A stretch of DNA of 64,000 nt, taken from the NCBI RefSeq assembly GCF_009914755.1, contig NC_060941.1; one strand, given 5' to 3'. This DNA is from the human T2T-CHM13v2.0 reference genome, Homo sapiens. The notes below the pieces were generated by a model. It searched no databases. It saw only the letters and a program-made list of their open reading frames with translations, and was not told the DNA's origin. Of this stretch, positions 12,690-31,235 are shown piece after piece. A program made the position numbers and the translations under genes. Numbering within the stretch: the stretch's first letter is position 1; every line of letters starts with the position of its first letter.

Positions 12690-13036
12690 CCACGTGGGTG
12701 CTCCACGTCTATATGACTGACCCTCATAGAAATCCTGGACATCAAGGCTTGGGTGAGCTTCCATGGCTGGTAATATTTTGTGCATAGGCACGTATCATTG
12801 CAGAGACAATTAAGCCCTGTCTGTGTTTTTCCACTGAGAGAGGACAACTGGAAGCTCATGTCTGGTTTCTCTTGTACGCCACCCTATGCCATTTTTATTT
12901 TATTTTTGCAGATTTTGAATCTGAATCCTTACAGTGTAATAAACCATAGCCATGAATATAACAGCTTTTCTGAGTTTTGTGAGTCCTTCTAGTGAATCAC
13001 TGAACCTGAGGGTGGTCCTGGGGACCCTCACCACAA
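12690..13036 (+). mobile_element. MER21-type LTR, 3' part
   Basis: GAGAGGACAACTGGAAGCTC...AATAAACCATAGCC...GAACCTGAGGGTGGTCCTGGGGACCC. Confidence 0.75.
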
Positions 13037-13592
13037 CTGAGAACCCGCAAAGAGAGAGATGCCACCTCTTGCCAAGTCTCAGTCTCCCTGGCCTTTAAAC
13101 ATTTATTCCAGTTGGCTTTAGCCTGGTTCTTCTTCACGTTACCGCTTCTGGGAAGTTAAATTTTCCTTGTGATCTCTGAGGTCCCTGACTCTTGGACCAC
13201 TGGCATAACTTCACATCCTTGTTGTTGAAGCATTCCATTCTCTGGCCACAGACGGCTCTGACTTCCTCATTGTCAACGACTCAGCTTCCATTCACTTCAC
13301 CAATCCAGTCCTGTTGTCACCTCCTATACCTTGTTCCTCCCCATCACTTGGGATGACCCAACCTGCAAAATCCATATGCTCAGAAGTCTAGCTCTGCAAC
13401 CCTTTTGGGTCACACATTCATGGGCCTGAGTCTTAGAGTCAGAGAAGTCCACAGTAATCTGACTTTTCTGAATTGCAGTTACTCTTCTGCAAAGTGAGAG
13501 AGTACTAAATGAGACCCTACATGTAAAGCTGTTAGCATGATGCCTGGTGCATAAATACCAAGGGTTACAATGGGAGCTACTGTTATCAAGTC

Positions 13593-14138
13593 TGTGATGG
13601 TTGATTTCATGTGTTAACCTGACAGGACTACGGGATGCCCACATATCTGGCTAAACATTATCTCTGAGTGTGTCTGTGAGGGAAGAGATTAGCATTTGAG
13701 TTGGTAGGCTGAGTAAAGCAGAAGACCCCTCCCAATGTGGGGAGGGGAGGCATGGCTCATCCTGTTGGCCCAGAAAGAACAAAAAGGCAGAGGAAGGTTG
13801 AACTCTCCCTCTCTTTCTGCCTGAGACATTGGTCTTGTGCACTTGGACTGGGACACGATCAGTGCTCAGACCTTTGGACACGGACTGGAATTTACACCAT
13901 TGGTTTTCCTGGGTCTTTGAAGATGGCCAATCATGGGACTTCTCAGCCACTAATTGTGTGAGCCAGTTCTTTACAATAACGTCATAATAAATCATATATA
14001 TACATGATATATTATAAATGTTCTTTATTATAAATGTTCTTAATTATAAACATTCTTCTCTCTATATATATCTGTATCTATATCAATATCTATCTATATC
14101 TATTGATTCTGTTTCTCTGGGGAACCCTGATTTATATC
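13593..14138 (+). mobile_element. MLT2 (ERVL) solo LTR
   Basis: TGTGATGGTTGATTT start, GTTTCTCTGGGGAACCCTGA end, TSD AAGTC/TAGTC, internal AT-rich repeat. Confidence 0.85.
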
Positions 14139-14904
14139 TAGTCAAAACCTACAAATACAAAACCTTATACCGAAATATGTGTTCTGATGTAACTGGCACG
14201 TGATTTTACAGGCTGTCAGACCTCACTTGGCCTTGCCCTTCTCCCCTTCCTCAGCTAGATTTAATCACCCGTCCCTGCAAGGGCACTCTCATCCATGCCC
14301 CCATCTCCTCTGTCTCCTTGTCCTCCTTCCACAGCTGTGCCTCCCTTCCATCCCCAATGCTATGTCAATCCAACTGATTCTTTTCTCCCTCTGTGCCTTC
14401 CAATGCTGCAGAAAAATCACATAACCATGCTGAATTGGTTCCATTACAAATTTATGAGCTTCCCAGCCTCAGCTGTGCTGCCAACCCTGCTCAGTCATCT
14501 TCTAATCATCTCTTGTTGACTTTCTCTCCCTTTCCTTTCTGTGGCTGCCCTGACCTCCCCTTGCTTCACCCAACCCACCATCACCCCCTATTCCCAGCCG
14601 AGGCTCTGCAGAGAATATGGAGGTCATCAGAAGTGATTTATTTCATGTATGTCCCTTCTAAGTTTTTACTTCTAAATTTGTCTATATTTTTACTTCCTTC
14701 ATCATTATATCTGAAATTATTCTACTCTCACATCTTCACTGTCTCTTTCTTTCTCCGGGCTTTCGCCCAGCACATACAATTATGTATTCATTTCCCCTTT
14801 CACATGCTTTTCCCCCATTTCTTTCTACTTTGCTTCCTTTTCAAAGATCTGCCTTGTAGGTTCCTCTCTTAATCACTCGTCCACTGGTCCTTCACCTTTG
14901 CAGC

Positions 14905-15366
<462 letters not shown>

Positions 15367-15929
15367 CCCTCTGCTTGTATTCAAATCTCAGCCTATGTCA
15401 ATCCATCTTCTTTTTGCCACCTCCATACTGAAAATGAACTTCCTAAAGTCACCAAGGATTTCCTCATTCTGAAATTCTGCCACCACCTTCAGGCCTCAGG
15501 CTATTCAACAGTTATGAAGCATGTGATTCTTAATACACATTTTCAACCTTGTGGACTTCCAAGGCAATGTTCTGTCCCAGCTCTCTTCCCACTTAGATTT
15601 CTCTTTCATTGCCTCATTTGGCTTCTTTTCCTCTCTTGGTGTCTCTGTGCTAACCCACTTTATTTCACTTTACACTTTCTTCGGCAGCAGTGCCATCCAC
15701 TCCCATCCCTTTCTTCTCTTGCCTTCTCTGTTCCTTTTCTATCAATGTGCTCAGCATTCCTCCTGCTCCCACTAAATTGGCCAAGCTACCAATACTTGGA
15801 GGCATCACTGACATTTTTCTACAATCCCCGAGGGCGGTGATCAGTGGGAAGAAGGCTCTCTCAGAGAGATGTGTGGTTTTATCCTTGGGGATAAAGAGAG
15901 CCCTGTTAAATCAGGGCAGAAGGTGACAC

Positions 15930-16150
15930 AGAGCTGCCAGGGTGCTGGGGGTAGGGAGGGCATAGGGAGTATTGCTTAGTGGGTACAGAGTTTCTGTTTT
16001 GGATGATAAAAACTTTTGGAAAGAGATAGTGGTGAGGGTTGCACAACATTGTCAATATACTTAATGCCACTGGCTTGTACACTTAAAAATGGTAAAAATG
16101 GCAAATTTTATATTATGTATATTTTACCACAATTAAAAACAAATTAAGAA
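15930..16150 (+). mobile_element. L1MB-type 3' end
   Basis: GGGTACAGAGTTTCTGTTTTGGATGAT...ACTTAAAAATGGT...TTTTACCACAAT. Confidence 0.8.
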
Positions 16151-16764
16151 AAGAAACTTGCAATGACAAGAGCTGGCCATGTAAAGACGGAGGGGAGGTG
16201 ACGTTCCTACCAGAGCAAACAGCTGGTGCAAAGACCCCAAGGCAGGAATGAGCTTGGTTATTTTGTGGCTCTCTATTGTTCGGTACAGGATAACTCTCAT
16301 GAGGTGTTAAAGATAAGTTTCTTTGTCCTAAAAAGACTCCAGAAAGGAAGTTGACTTTTAGTGCTGGTAGGGGAGTGAAGGGGTCTAAATGCAATGGTGA
16401 ACTTGGGGATTTTAAAGACCTCTGACTGCATTCCTCAGGAAAGCCAAGGGGCTTGTGGAGTTGCTGGTTTGCCTCTGCTATCAGGCTGTGAGCATCCTAG
16501 GACCACCCAAGTCTGTGCCATTTCAGTTCTGTCTCCTAAATCTATGTCTACTTGTTGAACAATGAGCTAGGGTTAAAGTACTAAACCAAGAGGCAGCAGA
16601 AATGGATTACAAATGGGCTTGGGCTATAATCCCAAAAGACACAATCCTGAATGCCGTAAATCTGATGGTTGAAACCCTGAACATCACAATCCTGAAAGAT
16701 CAAAATCCCAAAAACATGATTCTTAAAAAATTAATTTAAAAAATTATTTAAAAGATATTTATCA

Positions 16765-17096
<332 letters not shown>

Positions 17097-18042
17097 TTAA
17101 GAAACACAAAAACACAACAGAACACTTCACAGGCCACTCGATACAACAAAATAGACAACAGCAACATACATATTATTGCAAGCACAAACACCCAGGCTTA
17201 CTAACTACAGTCACATGAATATGACACGAGCAGCAGATGAACCATATTCATAAAGAATCATGTCAAAAAGTGAAATATATAGATACATATTACTATGGAT
17301 GGTGTTGCGTGCATCCAGCTTTATACCTGTGTTCACCTGAAATACCGTGACAAGCAACCTAAGTCTTTCAATGAAATCCATCAAAAACAGTGATGAGTCA
17401 CCATTGCCTATGCAATCACCCAAAGGGCAAAGATCTTGAGAAATTTTGCCTTTCACAAATGAAGATGCACATAGAGGACATCTCTTCATTTACTGAGGAA
17501 GTTTCAACGTTATTAATTACAGGCATGACGCTGACACACAAAGTCAATGTTGCGATGATGCACTTTGGTGGAGTCAAATTTCTGACGTTCCAGGCAGCAG
17601 AAGAAAAGTCTGTCCCAGCTCTCAGTTTGCTGTCTACATTTTTCTCTCTGGACCCCCATCCAACTGCCTGGTGCCTGCCAGCACTGAGGGCAGATCTTCC
17701 CCCACCCGTTCCACTCAGATTCACACACTATTCTCCTCTGGAAACACCCTTACAGACTCACCCAAAATAATGCTTTATCTGGATTCTAGGTATTCCTTAA
17801 TTCAATCAAGTTGACACCTAAAATTAGGTTGACAAATCCACCCCTTGTCAACTTGGCAACTGTATGCATCTCTTTAAACCATACTTAATTTGCAAATAAA
17901 GACAATAGCAAGGTATCAATTCCACCTAATGTGAAGCCACTAACATAATGCAACTATCCCTAATACAACTGAAAGCACACTAATCCCTTCCCCAGAATTT
18001 GGCTTTCAGGATTTAAGCATTGGGAATTCTGTCTTTAGCGAC

Positions 18043-18419
18043 TGTATTAGTCTGTTTTCACACTGCTATAAAGATACTACCCAAGTCTGGGTGATTTATA
18101 AAGGAAAAAGGTTTAATTGACTCACAGTTGTGCATGGCTGGGAAGGCCTCAGGGAACTCACAATCACGGCAGAAGAGTGGGGGAGCAGGCACATCTTACA
18201 CGGTGGCAAGTGAGAGAGAGCCTGTGAAAAGGGAACTGTCAAACACTTATAAAGCCTCCGATCTCGTGAGAACTCACTCACTGTCATGAGCACAACATGG
18301 GGGAAACCACCTCCATGATCCAATCAATTCCCACCAGGTTCTTCCCTCAACACGTGGGGATTATGGGGATTACAATTCGAGATGAGATTTGGGTGGGGAC
18401 ACAGAGCCAAACCACATCA
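18043..18419 (-). mobile_element. THE1D-like MaLR solo LTR
   Basis: TGTATTAGTCTG...GATGAGATTTGGGTGGGGACACAGAGCCAAACCACATCA. Confidence 0.88.
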
Positions 18420-18446
18420 GAGATTATGATTGGCGCCAATTCAAAT

Positions 18447-18570
18447 TCTAGCTCCACCATTAACTAGTTGCATGTTTATGGATAAATGGCTCAGTCTAAC
18501 TGAGCCTCAGTTTCCTACTCCATAAAATGTAGGATTTGGATGATATTAAGGATAATAAATATATGGCACA
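18447..18570 (+). mobile_element. MIR, 3' half of the MIR split by Ricksha
   Basis: TGAGCCTCAGTTTCCTACTCCATAAAATG. Confidence 0.7.
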
Positions 18571-18726
18571 CACATTCTCTCCCACACACCAGGCAGCAGG
18601 GCCAGATGTTGATGTGTGGGCACTCCAGACTAATTGGCCCTCATCCAACCAATATTACTTACAAAGTTGTTCAATATTTATTTATCTAGGGAGGAGAGAG
18701 AAGTTGAAAGAAAAAAAATTTGTATT

Positions 18727-19052
<326 letters not shown>

Positions 19053-22000
19053 TCAACAAGGCTAATCAGAGTCACTGAAAAACTCCCTAAAATATTCCCT
19101 TTTTTGTGTGTTCTTGTTCTCTCCCCTGATTTCTTTAGTCCATTTCTTGGGAGTTATATTACAACCTTTGAAATGTATTTAATAAAACAAATTTCTTCTT
19201 CTGGGCAAAAGGCACTATATCATGAAATATTTCAATTGAGAATTTTAACAAAGTGGGACTTCATGAGCAAGTTGCAAAAGACATAAGCAGAGATGTGCTT
19301 TTAAAAGTTTCACTTCAGAGTGCTGTCTGCTTTGGTGGGAGTGGAACAAATTACATTTAACTAGTCTATCCCAGTGATGTTTTAGTGTTTCTTTCACATC
19401 AACATTTTCCAGCAGCTGCCCCAGAGGCTTGAGTTCCTGCAGCTGTCCAGGGCAGACATTACCAATGGAGCACAGCACTCCTTCCTGAAGAGCCTGGATG
19501 CAACCCCAGCTTCCCTGGCACCTGCTTCCAGTTATAGACCCTGCTGGCCATCCTTGGGCTGGGTTGACTCTGCAATTCCTTGCAGCTTCAATGTTTTAGG
19601 AGTCTGTGATGTTAAACTTTACATGATAATCTGAGTAACCATTTGTCTGGGACCTGAGAAACTGACATGTAAATTTGATTTTAAACATGTTTAAATGAAT
19701 GTTTGTACAGAAGAAAAGGATGTGGAAAACTGAAAAAAATCTCTGTTAGGTATTTTCCAGGAAGTAACAATTGAAGACAATTTTATGAAAATAATCTGGA
19801 CTAATGTCAAGCTATGTTGAGGGCAATTTAAGACCTAGAATTGGGAGGATGGGCCTAGAACCTGGATGGAAAGAGAGATCTTGTTTTTCAGAGATAAAAC
19901 AGCATTGGATTGGGGGTGGAAGATGAGCTAAGAAGATCAACTGCAAAAACTTTATTTTTGTGAGCTGCATCCAGTGCCAATCTGAATTTAGCTAAAATTT
20001 GAAACAGCCAATGCTGTTGCAGAGTCACTTTTGTGCTCCATGTCTAATGAGGAATGTACTGATGGGAGATGAGCATTGCTTTACAGATCATCAGACACAG
20101 TTTTGAGTTCTGGCTTCTGTAATTATTTGTTGTGGGACCTTGAAGTAAAGTAATTTATCTCGACTGTTTGCTTATCTGTGCAGTGACGATACTATCACTT
20201 ACCTTTTCATGTAATAAGGCTTAAATAACATCTGGTTGGCAAATCACCTAATTGAGTCTAGGAAGAAGCATTACAAATTGTCATCCAATGGTATTTACAA
20301 GTTGAGTGATTGAATCATACTTGATTAAGGAGAGCTTCATATCTACTTTCCAGTAGGGATTCTGGTAAAAGCACCATGGGGGGGACCAACAAATTTGGAA
20401 CTGGAAACTGGGTCTGTGAATGTGAAATACGAATCGGCTGGACAACCCAGTAGAAAAGGGGGCCAAGAACAACAAGAAATCAACCACAAATTAATCAAGG
20501 AAGTGAAAATGGATACAATACTTTGTGTCTTTCAAATTGGGGAATATCTGTAGTCTCACTGCTAGGAGGATTATAAATCAGTATGGCCATTTGGGAAGGT
20601 GGTTTGGCAGTTTATCAAAGTTCCTTTCAGCATTGTGCCTCTCTCTCCACATAGGATGGTTCTGCCCTATACGAAGCACCAAGAGCTCAGAAACAACCTC
20701 AGGAAGAGAGAGGGAGCCCTTGCTCCAATTTATTTATTCTTAATTTATCAATTTCTGTCATATTACATATGTATTCCATTATGTCGTTTATTGGCTGCCT
20801 CACCTATTGGAATGTAAATTCACCGGAATGAACTTTACTGGAATGTAAGAGAAGACAGGGATTTCATCTCTCAGGTCCATAGGCATATGAACGTGAAGTT
20901 CAGAATATGAATACATAAAAAGATCCCACAAGGTTCTAGAAAGACCTGTATGCAATTGTTCTGCATTTTCAGTCAACAGTTGGCTTGGAGGTCTAGCCAT
21001 ATTGGTACTTATATATCTACCTAATTCTATTTAACTTTTGATTCTGTCAACATTGCTGTATTGGAGGGGTAGAAAACTCAAATTCTACATCCATTATGTG
21101 GGAAACCTAAATGTGATGCCCAGGAGAAAGGTGTGTTACAATCAAATATCGTGCCTGCCTAATTATATGGCCACTTCAAACATTGTACATGCCAAGTAAA
21201 ATCAGCAAACAGCACACACACCTGAGCTATATTTTGCCTAAGAACCAGCACTTGGTGAACTTTGCTACTGTCTTCTCATGTATTTGTAATCTTCTGTGGG
21301 TAACCATTGGTGTTTTAAGTTACTTCCTCTTTCCCTCCCAAGTTGGTACTGACTTGGGTTACATACTTTGGGATAAACTTGAGAACACAGGAGATGGAAA
21401 AAGGAAAATCAAAATGTTAGTTGTGTTACCTTAAAGCTGATTGGAGAAAGAGGCTTTAGAACTGTGGCCAAATGGACTTACTAACCCCTACCTCCTAAAA
21501 TTGGCAGACTCCTGGGCATAGTTATGAGTACCACTGCTTGGCTCTACCCTGTGGGCTGGACTGTTACCACCTGGCAGGTAAGGAGATAGGGGCATACTTC
21601 CTACAGCTGATAGACCTGATCAGACAGGGGCAAGGGCTGAGTCTTTAGTATAGTTACTTCTCTAGTTACTTCTCTCAAATGCACTTATCTTACTGTTCTT
21701 TTTTTTTTTTTTTTTTTCACTTATAAGTTGCTGCTCTTCTTATGCAGAGAAATCATGAGGTAGAGAAAAAGGCCAGGAGTGTTATTCTCATAAAAATTCC
21801 TCCCCATAGAACTATAAGACTAGTGGGGAGCTTGATTCTTTTAATAGTAACCAGTATTTTCTATCTGGAAACATGTTCTTATCTCTCTGTCTTTTTAATA
21901 CAGCACCTTAACTAAGAAAGCTCTTGCCCTTGGTCTCTGTTCACTTATTTTTCCAGCTATGTAACAAAAATCTTTTCATTGGTAGCTTCCACTATGCCTA

Positions 22001-22132
22001 CAGGTCACACATTCTTTCTTCTAAGATAGCTTTGATTACTATTTCTAGTCTATCGGTTCTGATCTATTATCTTATTTATTATCATTTCTCTTATGGTTTT
22101 AAACTCTTGATTTTTAAAATATGTTGACTTTT

Positions 22133-22446
22133 GGCCGGGTGCGGTGGCTCATGCCTGTAATTCCAGCAGGTTGGGAGTCTGAGGCAGGAGGATTTCTTGA
22201 GGCCAGGAGTTTGAGACTAGCCTGGAAATGTAGCAAGACCCCATCTCTACAAAAAAATTAAAAAATTGCCAGGCATGGTGGCACATGACAGTAGCCCCAG
22301 CTACTCAGGAGGCTGAAGTGGGAGGATCACCTGAGCCTAGGAATTTGAGGCTGCAGTGTGCTATGATCATGACACTGCACTCCAGCCTGGACAACAGGGC
22401 AACAGAGTGAGGCTCTGTCTTTTGATGAAACACAAAACAAAAAAAC
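22133..22446 (+). mobile_element. AluJ
   Basis: GGAGGATCACCTGAGCCTAGGAATTTGAGGCTGCAG; TSD TAAAATATGTTGACTTT / TAAAATATGTTTACTTT. Confidence 0.93.
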
Positions 22447-22899
22447 TAAAATATGTTTACTTTCCATAGTTCATTTGTCCTTCCCATAACTTTATTTCCC
22501 TTATAAAACCTTTGTCTCTAGCCCAGATCTCTATCCTAGGCTTCAGATCCATACATTCAACTGTTGTCAAGTTTTGTGTATCAAAAAGAAGTTCTTATCT
22601 TCCCCTCAAAACCTTTTCTACCACCTGACAGCCTAGCTAACCTTTAGCTCATGTGGAGGTTAAAATCATACTGACTTCATAGGGTTCATTGGAAAGATTA
22701 GATCAGATAATGAAAGTGATTGTTGCTTAGACGTCAAGAAAAATAAGGACGTTAACATCCCACTGCAGAATTTAAATCTGCACCAAAAACCACAATGCAC
22801 AGTTGTTATCTGTGACTTCTTCACTATTCTATGTTAGATTTGCTGTTTTCCTTTTTTCTTCATAGCTAAAAAAAGGTCACAAAGCAAGGAAAATTTCAG

Positions 22900-23435
22900 T
22901 TTTTTACATGTGTTTTAAAACATCTACATTCTTTATCATACTCAATTTATAGTTTAGGGGGATATAAAATTCTAGGCAATAAGTTTTCCCTCAGAATTTG
23001 TAAGGCTTTGATTCATTATATTCTAGCATCTAATGTTGCTCATAAGAGATTGTGTTTCTGATTTCTTATTCTTAGTATATGACCTATTAATTTTTCCTCT
23101 GTGGTTACTTTTAGAACCTTTTGTAAAAATCCCTGGGGTTCTGAAATTTCAAAGTGATGTGCCTTGTGTGACTTTTTAGTATTCATCATGAGTAACATTT
23201 TATGGGCTCCTTCCATCTGGAGTTAGGCCTTTCAATTCTGAAGAATGCTTTCCTATTATTTCCCTCAATGACTTCCTTTTCTTTATTTTCTTTGCTGTTT
23301 TAAGTCCAAGTATTTAGATATTGCAATTTCTTAAAAATACTTTTTTCTTTTCTCCACTATTTTCTACCTCCTGATCTTTTCACCTATATATTGGATATTC
23401 CCTCAACTTCATATTCTATTATCGAATTTTAGTTA
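22900..23435 (-). mobile_element. Old L1M fragment, host of the young L1
   Basis: TATAAAATTCTAGG...TTCCCTCAGAATTTG...TTCTAGCATC L1M-like; continues after 25375. Confidence 0.55.
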
Positions 23436-23448
23436 TCAAATACTTTAC

Positions 23449-25378
<1,930 letters not shown>

Positions 25379-25629
25379 TAAAAGTTCTTTCCTTGTTCTT
25401 GGACAATTCTTTTGTGTGGAATGTTGTTCCTTTTGCAATTCACAGTCCAGGCAGGTGAAATATCTCCTTTCATTCTACTAAAGATGCTGATACAGATCCA
25501 GATAAAGATGTAGATCTTTCCTTTGCTCCTGGAGTCATTTCTGCATAACCCAGGTCCCTTATTTATACTAGTTTCATTTTCTCTCTGTCGATTAGAGGAC
25601 ATTTCAAGTGTCTGGTTATCCTTTGCTGG

Positions 25630-26165
25630 CCATTTTCTTTCCTGTGGCAAAATATACAGCATACAAAATTTATCATTTGAATCATTTTTGAGTAGACAGT
25701 TCAGTGGTGATAAGTACATTCACATTGTTGTGTAATCATCACTGCCATGCATCTCCAGAACTTTTTCATCATCTCAAACTGAAACTCAGTACCCATTAAA
25801 CTCTAACTCCCCATTCCCCCCTCCCTGCAGCCCCTGGTAAACATGATTCCTCTTTCTCGAAGAATTTAACTATTTGAAGTACCTCATATAAGTGGAATCA
25901 TCCAATAGTTATCCTTTTTGTGTCTGGCTTATTTCACTTAGCAAAATGTTTTTAAGGATCACCCATGCTGTAGCAAGTATCAGAAATTCATTCTTTTACA
26001 AGGCTGAATAATATTCCATCATATGTCTGGACCATAAGTTGTTTATCCATTCATCCATTGATGGGCATGGGTTGCTGCCACCTTTCGATTATTGTGAATA
26101 ATATTGTAATGAAAATGGGTGTACAAAGATCAGTTCAAGTCCCTGATTTCAATTCTTTTGGTTTA
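25630..26165 (-). mobile_element. L1MB-type 3' end
   Basis: CATCTCCAGAACTTTTTCATC...GAAACTCAGTACCCATTAAA...CTGGCTTATTTCACTTAGC. Confidence 0.85.
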
Positions 26166-26167
26166 CA

Positions 26168-26332
26168 TTTTTTTTTGGAAATGGGGTCTCTCTATTGCCC
26201 AGGCTAGAGTGCAGTGGCTCTTCACAGGCATGATCATAGTGCGCCATAGCTTCAAACTCCTGGGTTCAAGCGATCCTTCTGCCTGAGCCTCCTGAGTAGC
26301 TGGGACAATAGTCATGTGCCACTGCTCTTGGC
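26168..26332 (-). mobile_element. FAM (fossil Alu monomer)
   Basis: Monomer with FAM-type TATGATCATGCCTGTGAAGAGCCACTGCACT on the minus strand. Confidence 0.8.
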
Positions 26333-27092
26333 TCTTTCAGTTTACTTTTTAAAGTGAGACGATAAAAATTTATGAGAGGCCGTGTGTATGCATGTGCACA
26401 GATTGTCAGGGAGCTCACAGTCGATGAGTGGGTTTTCAAACAAACCATTCATTAGAGGATCCCAGGAAGAGAATATCTATTTCAAAGTCCTATTCATTAG
26501 GCTCATGCTTTCTCCTCTATATTTAGCAGAGATAGCTGAACGTTTACAGTATACAGCACAGCACTCAGGGGAGTGCCTGGAACTTGCTGAATGAATGGTA
26601 TGTGGGTGTCATTCTTTCTCAACTTTCTCATATAATTTCCCCATATTCTGATATTTCACTGATAGTTTTAGTTGCAATTTGGGAAGTCAGGAATGGGATG
26701 GGGAGCAGGGAGCAGTCAAGTTATACATTTGTGCTCAATCTGCCTTGATACTTAGAAATTCCTTTGACACATTGCCTTTAGCTGGCCCTGGGAGCAGAGA
26801 CCACATTTTATATGCACAAGCTACTTAGACAACTGTGTGGTTATTCCTGGAGTAAGTAAATGATAACAGAGCTGCCTGCAGGACATGAGGTGGGTGTGAG
26901 GGATGGGGAACTGAGAGGGAAGAGGCCTCAGGGAGGCTGGGCTTCTTGCTTGGGGGTCTCTCCTCCTCTTGTCTCCTGTTTTCAGATGCTCTGGTCTGAC
27001 CCTTTCATGGGGCAAGCTCCCTAGTACTGTAGGTTTCATGTGGAAAAGGTAATGATTTATTGTGATGGTAGTTGAAAAGTAAGGCTAACCTC

Positions 27093-27486
<394 letters not shown>

Positions 27487-27965
27487 TCAGGAGGGAAAAA
27501 TGAAGTCTGAGCAGCTGGTGTTTGCTTCAGCCTCTTCCGGAGCCGCTTCTGAGCCATCAGGGAATAGGAAGGAGCTATTGCCATTCCCTGCACGGCCCCA
27601 GTGCGAGCCTGGGCTGTGACGCACAGATATGGAGGGACATTGTCGCTGGCTTCTAAGTGATATTCTTCTTCCTTCTAATCTCCCTATTCTGCTGCTGGGA
27701 AATTTATGTAAAATCAACGCATAGCTACTTAAGTTTTGCTCCCATTGATGTTATTGTTATTTATTTATTTACTCCACACATTCCTAGATGGATTATGTAA
27801 GATTTGACAGTTTCTTTCTTGAAGTCTTGCAGTTTTATCTGCAGAATGCCATCTGCCATCATCAGAGAGCAGTGGATGTGGATGTGTCTCAGGAATTAGT
27901 TGATGTCCTGTGAACTAGATTTGCATAAGCTTCTGCAGCCTCTGCTAACGAGTGTAAGATGGTTA

Positions 27966-28332
<367 letters not shown>

Positions 28333-28761
28333 GCATGCAGAAGTCTCATACTGTCTTAACGTGTGACAGAATTGAAACCAACTGTGCAAACATGCAGAAA
28401 AACGTTTGCCTCCTTAATGTTTTGTAAACAACTAGAAATCTGACATTTCTTCAAGGAAAGTCCCTCCTGCCCCACCTTTTATATAATTCTTGACAAGAGT
28501 TTTTTAAACATTTTCTTTTTATTTTTTATGGAGATAAAATTTACCAACAGTCAATACACAGATCTGAACATCGCATTTGAATTTACCAACAGTCAATGCA
28601 CACATCTGAAACTTTGATGCTTTTAACAGATGTATCCATTCATGTAGTCAACCAACACCCATCAAGACACAGAACAATTCTTTGCCCCAGCAAGTTCCTT
28701 GTGCCCCATTCCAGTCAATCACCATGCCTTGCAAGCAATCACCACCTGCTTTGTATCACCC

Positions 28762-29285
28762 TGTTCCTGGACAGAGCAAGTTCCTACTGTCCAATAATGA
28801 GATGCAGACAGACTGGGAAAGAAGGGAGTTGATTTCTGCAACTGGCGACAGGGAGAAGTTCAGAGTAACTCACCAGACCAACTCAAAGTTGAAGGTTTTA
28901 TTCTAGTGCTTATATACATTTAAAGTTTTATGCCTATGTGTGGAAATGCACCTACCAGTAGAAGTGTTTCATTCCATCTATATCTAATCTTTAACTAGGG
29001 TCTAGGGTTTGGAAAGCTTTCTCTAGAAACTTGGAAGGTTTTTAAATCTTAAATGGGCCCTGCAACGAAGTGTATGTGTAAGAATGCTATTCTTACTTGA
29101 TCAGACTTTAGGGTCTGAGAAACCCCAGGTGGGGTCTTAATGGGGTTGATTTACATTCCAGGCCTTGTACTCAGGTACCAGTTTCTCCAGGTCTTTAATG
29201 TCTAACTTATACACTCATAAGAATTACAGTAAAGGGTTAGTGGAAACTGTCTGTTCTGGCTGCTCATGGAAACCTGGCCTGCCAA
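28762..29285 (-). mobile_element. MER67-like ERV1 solo LTR inside an old L1M
   Basis: GATGCAGACAGACTGGGAAAGAAGGGAG...GAAACCTGGCCTGCCA; ACCC on both flanks. Confidence 0.6.
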
Positions 29286-29318
29286 ACCCTAGAGATTCGT
29301 GTTGCTGCCTGACCCTAG

Positions 29319-29700
<382 letters not shown>

Positions 29701-30419
29701 AGGCACCGTGCATTTCTTTGTGTCTGGCTTCTTTTCTCATCCATGTAATTGTATACTAGTAGTTTGTTCTTTTTATTCCTTAGTAGTATCATACAATACT
29801 TTCAATTTCATAATATTTTTTATACATTTCCCAGTTGATGGACTTTTAGGTTGTTTCCAGTTTGGGGTTCTCATGAGTGAAGCTGATAAAACACTTATAC
29901 AAGTGTGTTTGTGGATATGTGTTTTCACTTGCCTTGGGTAAATATTTACGAGCTAAATAGCTGTGTCATAGGGTAAATGTAAGTTCACAATTCTTGTCAC
30001 ATTTATTTCTAATTGTTTTATCATTCTTTTTGTCATTGTAAATAGGATTTCCAACCCCTTCCATTTTCTAAATGTTTTTTTCTGGTTTATAAGACAGAGA
30101 ATGATTTTTAAAATATTTGGTGATTAGAGTCTTTGTTAGTTGCTTTTATTGGTTCTTTTTTTATTGTCTTTTTATTTTTGAAATCCAAGTACTACCTGAA
30201 TAGTCTCATCATAAAGGATTCAAACATTGAAAAGATGTAAGAAAGTCAAATACAAATGCAACCCTTCACCTTCACTCCAGCTCCTACTTTACCCCTGGAG
30301 ATACTGAATAGTAACAATACAATGGGTTGCTTTCAGATTTTTTTTAAAGCACTTCAATGTGTGGTTTTGTAGGATATAAACAGCACAGGGTACCACACCT
30401 AGACATTGTAGATTTGTGT

Positions 30420-30675
30420 AGGCTGGAGTGCAGTGGCACGATCTCGGCTCACTGCAAGCTCCGCCTCCCAGATTCACGCCATTCTCCTGCCTCAGCCTCC
30501 CCAGGAGCTGGGACTAAAGGCGCACGCTGCCATGCCCAGCTAATTTTTGTATTTTTAGTAGAGACGGGGTTTCACTGTGTTAGCCAGGATGGTCTTGATT
30601 TCCTGACCTTGTGATCCACCCGCCTTGGCCTCCCAAAGTGCTGGGATTACAGGCGTGAGCCACCGCACCCAGCCG
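30420..30675 (-). mobile_element. AluY lacking its 3' end and poly-A
   Basis: Begins abruptly at AGGCTGGAGTGCAG with no poly-T. Confidence 0.9.
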
Positions 30676-30931
30676 AAGATTCTTAAGTGTACATATTTGT
30701 ACACACACATTATGTAAGTATTTATTTAGTGGTGATTTCTACATGTCCTGCTCTAGTTGCTGTGGAAGCAGCTGTGACCAAGGGAGACACAGTGCCTGCT
30801 CTCATGTGGCTTACATTCTAATGGAGGAGCGCAGACTGTGAATAAGGAAACATTTAAACAAGATCATATTTATTGAATTAAATGTTTAGTAGAAAATAGA
30901 TAAACTCCTATGCTAGAAAATTACTACTTTT

Positions 30932-31235
<304 letters not shown>

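Noticed and set aside
19400-19600. Acceptor-like TTTTCCAG followed by an open GC-richer stretch
   Set aside because: No clear donor site and no protein similarity
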